From Lama guanicoe (lineage: Eukaryota), in the NCBI GenBank assembly GCA_013239625.1, contig MU054187.1, positions 4,475,757 to 4,539,756 on the forward strand: a stretch of 64,000 nt of DNA, in the 5' to 3' direction. Of this stretch, positions 53,581 to 64,000 are shown piece after piece. A model generated the notes under the pieces. That model did no database searches and was not told where the DNA came from. It saw nothing but the letters and a program-made list of their open reading frames with translations. The position numbers were made by a program, and so were the translations under genes. Each line of letters opens with the position of its first letter. The first letter of the stretch is position 1.

Positions 53581-55219
53581 TGCCCCTGCCCGCAGCCCAA
53601 CTCAGGACAAGGCCAGGCAGAGCGAGGAGTGTGTTGTACTTAAAAACCAAAGCGCCCTTCAATTCCTCTTGATAACTTTATCTGCCGCCTGTGTATACAA
53701 GCACGTCTGAGTCAGATTTTCAGCAATTTCACTCTTACCCAAATGGTAACCAGTAAAAATTGGAAGAAGACGTCCACTGTTCCAGTATAAGTAACTTACA
53801 GACCACTGAATTCAGAGAGACAAGGCTTAGACATCTTTTTTTCAGTTTCGAGTGTGCCGTTTTGAAACCCCACCCTTCGTTTTTTGATCAAGGACTTTTA
53901 GAAGGGCAGACAGTAGAGGGAAAGTTCTGGCCATGGGTCAACAAGCAGGAAACACGTTTTGATGATGTGGTGAATCAGCATCGCTCCCTGCTCCCACCCT
54001 CAGGGATGGATGTACACGGTGTGTCTTGACCACAAGATGCACTGGGACAGGAATAAACAGGTGGCGGGGGTTCCAGAGGCACGGCATAGATTCTTCACTC
54101 ACAAAAGATGGCGCATCTCACTGCGATTTTGCAGTGTCAGATCTGCCTTGTCTGCTTCGCCCTGGGAGATGACTGAGCCTCCCACTGGCTCCCGTGCCGC
54201 CCTCCCCGACCTGCCGGGGGCCAGAGGCTCGGCGGCTGCACGTCTGGCTCTGGACAAGTCAGCCTCATGGAGGGCTTCTCAGCTCGCGCCCTGGCTGTGG
54301 AAGAAGCCCAGCAGAAGGGAAGTCCAGGGGGAGAGGGGTCTCAGCAGCCCTTTGGAGCCCCTTCCTTCAGTAACAGAGACTCATCTGCCTGGAAGTTTGC
54401 CTGCACCCCCTCATCTGTAAAATGGCAGGAACGCCAGCTGACACGCGTGTTTTTCCGTGGCCCTGGGGCTTTGTGACAGCACTGAGAGCTGTTCTGGGGG
54501 GACATCAGGATAAGATGTGAGGAGTGAAGGTTCAGGGAAGAGTGGGCCGCACTTGTCCTGCCAAGTAGGGGAGCAGGCAAGGCTGACGGGGGCCAAACAC
54601 CTCACTGGAAGGGCTGCATGACCGGCTGCAGAGAGCACTCTAGTTGGGGAAAGAAATGACGTCTGTAAAAGGATCCTTCTCTGAATGCGAGGAATCGGGG
54701 TGTCAGGAGCTGGCAGAGCTGAGCGTGAGCAGGCACACACCACGCACAACGGGTAACGATGACACAGGCTTCCACTAGTTGGACATTTCACTCCTTTCGC
54801 ATTCACAAAACGACCTATCAGTTTGTCTTAGACGCAGTGCGAAGCCCGTTGTCACATTACTTCAAGTTATTCTCACAAGAACCTTAGAAGTAAATTAGAA
54901 TCCATTTTGACGATGAGAGATCTGAGGATAAAACAGCTTCTCAAAGGCACACGTCCAATAAGCGGGGAAAGTGAAATGCAAACCCGGGTGAATACAGTGC
55001 ATCCTCAGACTCACGCTGTAGTGGATTTTCAGCACCTAGCGTGGTAGGAGCCATTCCTGCTCCTTTGCAGTAAGCTGTGTTGCAGGATATTTCTCAGAAG
55101 CTTAAAGCACGATTGCGTGTGCTGGTTTGATTCTTCCATACAGTGAGTGTCTCAAAACTATTCATTACACTTGATCACGCTAGGACTGAAACTTCTGCGT
55201 TCCTCTGAGAGATATTAGT

Positions 55220-55345
55220 GATAATTGTCTCTCCCCCACTTATTTTACAGTGGAGGAAACAGATGCAGAGAAATGAGGTGGTGGGACTCAGCAAGGGTTG
55301 TAGCACAGTTAACTGGCAGATGGGGCCAGAACAGAGACCAGTGCC
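55220..55345 (-). mobile_element. MIR SINE fragment
   Basis: cttattttacagtggaggaaacagatgcagagaaatgaggtggtgggactcagcaaggg. Confidence 0.6.
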
Positions 55346-56144
55346 CTCCACCCTCTCTAAGGACCAGAGCCAGGGAGCAGCGGGACCACTGACAGCTCCA
55401 TCATGCGACTTGATTAGCGTACACTCTGTTATTCTTATGCGGTGTTCCTTATCTCAAAAACGATCAGATATTTAATGAAACTTCAATTAGAAGACTTTCT
55501 GTTGATATACATTAACCATTTTTCAATTAACCCTAGCAGATATAAAATACTTTTTAAAAATTAAGACATTTCTTTAAGGAAGTTATTGGCAATTCAGGAA
55601 ATAATTACCACTATTTTAATATAATTGTAATGCCTCCACGTCCCTAGGTGCCGGGTGTTCTGCAAGAGCTTAGGAACAGTTTTCCCAAGCCTGATGCCTC
55701 TGCTTCCTGTATTCCTTGGGGTAGATGTTAACACTGTTTCCAGCAGGCATTTCCCTCTTATTCTGGGCTCACGAGAAGATTGCATTTCAATGAACCAGGA
55801 ATGGAAGCGACAGGTGTTATAGCTGGGAGGAAGCGCAGAAGAGCCAGTCCCAGATGTGCCATCTTATCTCCCTCAAACATGGCAGCCGGTAAAATTCCAG
55901 AAAGCAGAGCTGCTCTTAGGATCCTGAACAAGGACAGTGGGGAACGTAGCCCTCCGCCCCCAGCCCCGGGGATGAGCTTTGTCCTTGTAAGTCACTGAGA
56001 GTCTGAGGATCATTTTTTTCTGCAGCACAACCTGACTGTTGCCTCAGAGGAAGGCAGCCCCAGTCTAGGCGTAGCAGCGTACATGTAAAGGACCACCGTG
56101 TTACTGCAGCAGGAGGCAGGATCAAACAGCCGGGCTGAACACAT

Positions 56145-56275
56145 TATTCCTCAAAGTGCGCCCCCAAACATGTTTGAAATCTTTGAGGTTCTCAGTACAA
56201 AGCAAATTCCTGAGCTCCACTCCAGGTCCAGGAATCTGCTTTTTTAACAAGTGCCCTCCAGAAGATTCTTAGACA
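56145..56275. mobile_element. MER5-like DNA transposon fragment
   Basis: tcctcaaagtg...gcaaattcctgagctccactccag...ccaggaatctgcttttttaacaagtgccctccagaagattctt. Confidence 0.6.
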
Positions 56276-56815
56276 TGTCAAAATTCCAGTCTCTACTTTC
56301 ACAGATAATTAATCTGCTCTCAATGCTGCTAACCGGAAAACTGGTGAAAATGTTACAGTTGCCAGATTCTTGAAGATACTTTGGTGACATCTTAGAATCG
56401 TAGTTACAAGCGCTGGCCTTTCGGAGTCTAATTTTCAGACATGAAAAATACACTCCAGACCACCCGTCTGCTATGACAAACAGACTCTGCAGGTCGGAGC
56501 CACGCTATAACCTCTGTCCGTTCCCACTGCCCCACCCTGCCCAGCTACGTGGTCTTCCACCTGGACCGCGACCAGAGCCTCTGACTGGGTGACCCGCTGT
56601 GCTCTTCCTCCCTCAACTTCTTCCCATAAAGCAAGCAAAACTGACCCTTGAAAAAGTGATGTACGATGTGTCATTGTGCTGCTGAAAACTTTTCTGTCGT
56701 TTTCCATTGCGGTTATGACAAAATTTAAAATGTGGTCCCTTGGCCAATGAGACCCTACAGCTGTTTCCTCCTTACTCTCCAGGCTCTACTGGTTGGGGTC
56801 GGACAGGGAGGCACA

Positions 56816-57369
56816 ACAAAAATCTAAGACTGCAGTCATGATTTTTATCTTGACTCCCTCATTGTCCCCAAGGTCAAGGAGGAGCCTCCCTGGCCCTCGC
56901 CCCTGGCGCTCCCCGTTCTCTCACCCTCACGCCGCGTTTGTAGAACATCCACACACATCCCACCCACTGCCCAGGGTCCAGGACCATGCCACTCTTCCTT
57001 AAAGGCCACTTCCCCCTGGATATTCCGTCTCCATGCTCGTCATCTTAGATTCCTCTTCAGCGGTCATCCCCCCGGAAGGCCGCTCTGTGTAAAGCAGATC
57101 CCAAGTGTTCACCGCCATCCCTGCTCATTTCCTTCTTGGCACTTACACCACAATCTGAAATTCTCTCATTCATTAAGTTATTGTCTATCTTGGGTACTTT
57201 TTATCCCTTTTACCTATTTCAGTGCCTGGCACAGGGTTGGTGGATGACCTGTCTCTTTGGACGGAATGCATGAATCCCAGCCTAACTCCTCTGCTCACAA
57301 AAATCTAAGGCTGCAGACATGACTGTTAGCTTGACACTCTCCTTTGTCCCAAAGGTCAAGGAGAAGCCT
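56816..57369 (+). repeat. Dispersed direct repeat: 56816-56887 and 57297-57369, flanking an L2-like segment
   Basis: acaaaaatctaagactgcagtcatg...cttgac...ttgtccccaaggtcaaggaggagcct vs acaaaaatctaaggctgcagacatg...cttgac...ttgtcccaaaggtcaaggagaagcct, about 85% identical. Confidence 0.85.
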
Positions 57370-60044
57370 ACATACCTTTATCTTTGCCAAAAAAACAAAA
57401 GCTTACCCTTTGCGTGAAAATGCACACTCCAGGAAGTGCTACTGGGTACGAACCATTGAAGGTCTCCTGGCAGACTGTCTGCAAGACAGATCTGCTTCAG
57501 AAATGCCTAATGTCTTAGCCTTCAAATGTGCATCTGACCTGTCAACCGCGGGCTCACCATCTCGTTCTCTGAAAATTCTGCTCACTGGGGAAGAAAAAAA
57601 AAAAAAAGGCAAGCCATGCATGAATGCAACTGCCCCCTCAGCTGAATCACACTGTGTGGCTCGTAATTGAGAACATATGGAAGTTCAAGTGGGGAAAGGA
57701 AAACGGGGGGAGGGGAGAAGCCTCGCTGCCCCACCTCCGAAAACATTTGGGTTCGCAGGTTTTGCCTTTACGAGTAAGTAGGTTGGACACTTTCAAGGAT
57801 TTCTAAGCATCCTTAGTCTTTTCCGGTGGGTTCTTCTCTTGTCTCAGAGATGGAGCACAGCAGCCAGGTGAGTTACGTGTGTGCACCACAAGCTCAGCTT
57901 CTGGTAGACAAGCCTCCAAGTGTTTCAGTCACATCCCTTTCCTCTATTGAGTTCCAGGCTAGAGTTTTCAGGACCTGAACCACTGAGCATTTTATTTTGG
58001 TGGGAAATGGTGAAACATCCATCTAGTAACTTCATGGGCACATGATTATCTCACTAAAGGCTCTTATTTTCTTCCAATGAGTTGACAGCTGCACAGGGTT
58101 TAGGAATGCAGGGCTAATGTCTGTGGCTGCAGGAAGATCACTCCACTTGGTCTGGACAAAGGCTTGATGTCTTTTGTCCATGTTTCAAATTTCCCCGAGC
58201 ATCTCAGTGTCCAGGCATCCGACAGAAAACAAACCCAGCTCCCCTAAAGACGCCTGGCTCTGAGTTTATGGATTTGCATCCATCTGCTGCGAATTCTCTG
58301 GTTGAAAGAATCTGTGAGTTGAGATTTGGATAGCATTGCAGGTTCCCAAGGTTTTGTTTTCAGCATTGAATTCACCATGTGATGCCTTTTAAATCCAGTT
58401 TAATAGTGGAAATGGATTTTTGTACTCTCTGCACTTAAACGATTATGTGTTCATATGCATGCACATGTTGGATTTCTTAAAGAATTTATTCCAGACAAGT
58501 GTGCTGAGGGTCACCTTACAGCACAGTTCTTTTTTAAATTAAAATCCTAGTGATTGGGGATCTGTTCAGAGGGATCTGAAATGCTACGCAGACAGCGGGT
58601 AGTAAGGCTGCTTTCAAGCTGGAAAGGAAATATAAGCACCTTCTCTCCCTAGCAGTGAGCTGCTCTTAACCCTTCTTTCCTCGTGACTGAGTTGCTTTTT
58701 CACACATTCAGCTTTGGGGGAGAAGGAAAAACGGAGAGCAAACACCTTGCCTATTAAGCAGACAGAACTACAACTAATGCTGTGGATGTGGTTCCACTGG
58801 ATACTCCTCTTTCTGTCCCTGAACACCTGCCCGCCAGAAGGTAACCTCCCTGGAGACAGGCGCTCGTTTGCCCACTACGACTGCTGCCTAGTTACCTGTC
58901 TGGTACGTACTGGGTGTGGGTGCCTAACGTTTGTTGAATGAATATGCGGTAGAGAGAACCCAAGATCATTTTAGGAGTCTAATCCGAGGGGAGAGACCTG
59001 ACGGGCTTAGCAGGCGGCTTCCCGTTGGCTGTGCCTGACCCTTCCCCGGGCTGCCCTCCCTCTGTGGTCTCCTCCGGTGCATTGCCCTTCTGTGAGTCCC
59101 TGGTCTGCACCGGGCATCCTCTAGGCTCCAGGCCTGGGGACACAGCAGGGAGCCCTCCAGACAAGCACCCACCGCAAGGAGCTCTGGTCCCCTTGGCAAC
59201 ACGACAAGCTGAGTAAGTCAGGCACTCAGAATGCCAGACAATGACACACGCTGAGGGAAAAAGAACAAAGCAGGGATGAGTGATAGGAGGTGGCCTTACT
59301 CAGGGCGGCGTCTGAGCAAAGACTGAAGGAGGCGAGGGAGGAACCCTGCAGAGACCTGGAGGAAGCAATCAGGCTCACAGGGTGGGAGGCTGGTCCGTAG
59401 GGCTGAAGAGGAACGAAGGGGGATCAGGTAGGGCCTGTTAGCTACTTAGTGGGAAGGGCTAAGAAAGAAAAATGCTCTAGCAATCAAATGCCACTCAGGG
59501 GGAAGCCCAGGTTAGACAAACTTAAGCTGGTTCTCTGGGATCATTATCGGAGCCTTTCATCTCCAAGAGGCAGTTTTAGTACAAACTGTTTCCGAAGTGT
59601 ATGTGAGTCCAGAACCATTTTCGGGGCAACTCAGTTCTGTAGAGATCACAGAAGGAAGTTGAGGGGCGGGAGGGGGAGTGGCAGTGGGGGCTGACTCGAG
59701 GGCCACATTGTCACCGGCTGTGTCCCCAGCACATCCTAACCAGCCCGAGACATTCAAACATTCGAGAAAGAGGAGGAGGGCTGACGGGACCTGCTGTGCC
59801 AGGCGTGCCTTCTCCCCCGCACGCAGAAAGGACATCACAAAAACAGTACGTCTTCCTTACACACAGGAAGGGGACTAAGCACTCGCTGTCACTCAGTCCC
59901 GCTGCTCGTCACTGCCACTCGGCGCTGCGAGCTAGTCCCATTTTTATTTTGTTTCTTAATAGCATTTGTGTAACAGAAAAGCAAATAATACAGGATAATA
60001 TAATTTCAAATAGACAGCTTTTTCAGACCTGTATAATAAAGTAA

Positions 60045-60421
60045 TAACACATGTGTATAATTATATGTACACATATATGTCTATATAGTGAATATATACT
60101 ATATATAGTATAGTATATATGTTTACTTAAATATACATGAATACATTCATGCACGAATACATACTATACATGTGTATGTAACATACATGTACTATACACA
60201 CACATATTGTACACATATAACACATACCTATGCTATATGCACATATTAATGTACATACATGTACTATAAATGTATTTATAAATATGTGTATATATTTATG
60301 TATAATTAGTATATATAGTATATGTATACACTGTGTATGTGTGTACATGTACATATATGTGTCTGTCCCTGTGTGTGAACATGTGTGCATACACGTATAT
60401 GTGTATGTATACGTATACGTG
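60045..60421. repeat. Degenerate (TA/CA/TG)n low-complexity tract
   Basis: About 375 bp of alternating purine-pyrimidine sequence (tatatgtacacatatatg...). Confidence 0.9.
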
Positions 60422-63364
60422 CTGCAGGCCAGGAGTGTCCCACGCCAGGTAGGGGGGTTCCGCACAGACAGAAGTGAGACAGGTGGGCGGGGAGAGGGCG
60501 GGGCCCCAGCGCCTGGAGCTCTGAGCCCGCCTCCCTCCACTTTCAGCCCAAATCAAGCGCCTTGGGCTCCCCATCCTGCCCCCGCACAGCTCACACCTGC
60601 TCTTCCCAGCAGGAAGCGCCTCCCTTCTGCATGGGTTAGGACAGCTCTTCACTGTGGCGAACACGTGGCAATAAATCACGCATGGCCCTGTGGCCTGTCT
60701 TCTGTGTTTTTGAAACTGGTGTTAGAAATGGCTGTTTAGACCTGGCGTTGCTCGGTTCAACTTTCCCCACCGGGAAGGCAATGGGAAAGCCCACCCATCC
60801 AAACGCTCACGCCGTGGCTTCATCTGGGAAAACCCGCCCTGCGTACAAGCTGCCCTGGCGTGAGCTCTAACTCGGATTTACTTCCTAAGACATTCTGGTT
60901 TGGGTTTATCTGCACAAAATAACTTTGGTTCCAATGGGTGTAAGGACGCGCAGACACGTGCAGTTAATTAAAGACCCAGACAGACCATCCAGGCTCTGAA
61001 CTGAGCGTTGCCGTTCCTCCCCCTGTGAATGCCTGCAGTCGAATACCATTTAATTGCTTTAAATTAGGTTTTCCATGGCGCTTCACTGTTACAGTAATAG
61101 CAACATGGTGAACTTGGGGTGTGGGGAGGAAGGGAAGCCAAGGAGAGAGACAGAGAAGGGTCCCCGAGCGCTGTACACTGTTGTGAGCTGGACTCCCTGA
61201 GGTAAAGCTTTCTGCGGAACTCCGTAGGCATTACCACCACGCTGCGCACTGGAGCTTACCTGGTAGACAAGTAGTCAGATCTGCTCACTGGGGTTCAGGG
61301 CTCGGCTGTGCAGAACTGGGGTATGGCCGTGAACTTGTGGCCGCTGGCTGGAAAACAGACCAAGAACAGACACTGAGTGAAAACCACGATGCTCACAGAG
61401 CTCGCCTGAGCTCTGGGGTTTGCGCGGCTGCCATCGCCAGCCCGGGGGGCGCTAAGGAGCTGCAAGACCACCACACAGGACGGAGTGCCGTTCCAGGTGC
61501 TGGTGGGAAGCAGGCGCTGCGAGCCCTGGAAGTGTCAGCCCGGAAGGATTTCCTGTGTCAATGCTTTTCTGCAGGTGGGGGGTGGGGGGTGGGGGGTGGC
61601 GTTCATACTTTTATGAGAGGAGCTGCACTCTATACTTTAGGGATTTGAAAGTGTGAATAGGGGACAGGACTCCGCGTTGCGGGTCTGGTTTCTGCTTCTC
61701 ACTCTGTCTGAGCTGATCTTTTAGGCCCGCTGACCTCCTTCCCTCCCTGAGACCTTGTAGACTGGACGGATGTCCCTGCAGAGAACACACGAGGCTGGAG
61801 GACAAACCACACAGCAGCCCGTGGCAGCTGCAGACACCCTCACCGGGACTGTCCCCCACACACCAGTCAGTCAGAGACCAGCAGCAACAATGGCCTTGTC
61901 CCTCCAAACAGCACCCAGGGTCCAGCACCAATGCTGACTCTGAGTGAGGTGGCATCTCTTAGGTGACAACAGTTTGTCCCTTTGGTAGAGGAGAGGGTGT
62001 CCTAGGATGCGTAGCTGACAATGGGGTGCTGTGCTCCCCGAAGAACACTGGGGAAAGTCTGCTCCAAGGGTTCTGGGGCTGACCAAGCGTGCAGACACCC
62101 ACCCAGGAAATTTAGGGACAGAAACAGGGGAGGGGGCAAGCCAAGGCCACTTCCAGGACTGAAGGTCTAAGCAGCTCAAGTAGCGATCCTGGTCTTGACC
62201 TTGTTGTTGCTGCTCTGACTCCTAAGTGCTCAGAGCGCCTTAACCCCTGGCAGCTATTCTTGTCCCTCAAAATGAAGCCCTAAATATTTTGCCAAGTGGT
62301 GATGTCGCGGATGAGGTCTGATGGCTCCAGTGGGACAACACTGATGCCTTCTCCCCCGCACGCAGGGCAGCTGGCCTGCAGGGCCCACCCGGCTCAGAGG
62401 CTTCTCCATGACTCAGAGTTTGTGACTTTCAGGGTCCCAACTCCCTGGCCACGCAGCGCAGCCAGAGGTTCCCCAGTGAGAAGCAGGGAGAGGACCCCCT
62501 AGAACAAGCCAGGGTTGGTGGTGGGGAGGCTGGAGCTGCTGGGCCAACGCCTAGGGTGAGGCCGGCTGCTCAGCAGAGCCCACCCAACTTTCAATTCTGT
62601 GGGCAAAAAATAAAATCGCCCCCACCTCTTCGCACTAGTTTGAGTTGGCTTTCCGTGGCTTTCAAAAGAGTTCTGGCTACTGGCCTGCATATGGTGCCTC
62701 TGAGAACATTTCTGTTTAAGGACAGTGAATACTCTCAGACCTGAGCCAGTTTCTTGGACACCTGCTCTCCTTGGAAGCTTGGTCCAAATGAAGATTTCAT
62801 AGAGCATCAGAGCAGGACCACAGGGAAGGGGTCCATGGGCTGTTAAGACGGTCTGGGCCATAAAGCGCCATGCGGCCAGCCCAAGCCCGGGGCTCCCTCC
62901 GCCAGGAGGTGAACTGCTCTCTGATACATGGTGGTTATAGGAAAACTGGGAAAAACTAAGACAAAAAGAAAGAGAGGAACATTTCTCCCGAATTCTCATG
63001 ACACTTGTAGGTAACGATGTTGCTAATCCTTGTCTATCCCTCCCACGCCCATTAAACACACACACGGGGCTGTGTCTCGTTCACTATGATTGTTTCGAGA
63101 TGGATCGCTGTGCAGGCCTCATGGTCAGGATTAATGATCAATTAAAATAGTGAGTGAGTGACGGCACGAAGTGTCACTGCACCAGGTGGTTCTTCCAAAC
63201 ATTCCAAGCCCCGCTGAGAAATCATACTTGCAAGGCACCCAGGGGTAAATGAGGCTCCCTGCAGCTGGAGATGACAGGCCAGGCTTCCTTGACGCCCAAG
63301 CCCTGCTTAGCTACCTAATCTTAGGTACATCTCATGACACGGTTCGGGGCAGCTCAGGTGGAGT

Positions 63365-63470
63365 TCTGCAGGGCACTGGGCTTTGGAGTCGGACTTGCAT
63401 TCAGTCTTGACTCAGAGACTTGCTAGGTTTTTGAGCTTCAGTAACATCAGATGCAGGTATCCCATCTACT
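63365..63470 (+). mobile_element. MIR SINE fragment
   Basis: gcactgggctttggagtcggacttgcattcagtcttgactc...tgagcttcagt. Confidence 0.5.
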
Positions 63471-64000
63471 GCATTCTGTTCTCCCAAGATGCCCAAATGG
63501 AGTCTTCTTTCCACCCAAAGGATCAAAGCTCAGCGGCACAGGGCTCTCCTGAGCCCTGGTCCCAGGACAGTGTCCTCCTTGGTATTCCAAATGCAGCCCA
63601 TATAAACTGGATTCGTTTTGGGAAACAACAAAGGAGAATCACATGAGTGATCAGATTTTATTTTTGTTTTAGAGTAAGATACAATTATAGAGTAAATGGT
63701 GCATTGATCATTCTTATGCAGTTTTTCAAAATCTATCTTAGAATCATTCCAAAAACACAGCTCCCGGGTATTTTAAGAACTGACACCTCTGTGGGGATGT
63801 GTACAGAGCATCTCCCACAATAACTGCTCCGCAGGGCAGGCTTCATTTAGATGCATGAGTTCCAGCCAGTTTACTGAGAAGCATATGTCCTTGCCGTAAC
63901 ACCTTACAGCTTCAGGCACTTCGGAAACACCCAGTCCTCTTAGTGTGGGGACTTGGAAAGTATTGTTTGTCTGGGTTTGAGTCCCTCTCGCTGTCAAAGA

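Noticed and set aside
55905..55935. Peptide ALRILNKD resembling FAM110B PLRILNKG
   Set aside because: Only a 6-residue match with no flanking similarity, which is expected by chance across six frames of 64 kb.
60127..60739. Tyr/Ile/Cys/His-rich ORFs on both strands
   Set aside because: Translations of the TA/CA/TG low-complexity tract.

Overview
Mammalian genomic DNA, probably from a camelid: the tRNA-Ala-derived SINEs look like the camelid Vic-1 family. The window holds the 3' part of FAM110B on the + strand: an 89-nt upstream exon (2468-2556), a ~45-kb repeat-rich intron, and a terminal exon (from 47748) with the whole 373-aa CDS (48080-49201) and the 3' UTR. About 13 kb of downstream DNA follows. 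No other protein-coding gene is supported. The most interesting observations are: (1) a chain of three upstream ORFs in the spliced leader, with the same 'stop-N-ATG' hand-off geometry occurring twice; (2) a ~160-bp-arm intronic inverted repeat whose mismatches favour G-U pairs on the transcribed strand; (3) 208 consecutive G/C-ending codons with an abrupt boundary inside the CDS; (4) an intronic CpG island and a local 72-bp duplication. Repeat family names and boundaries were assigned by eye and are approximate.
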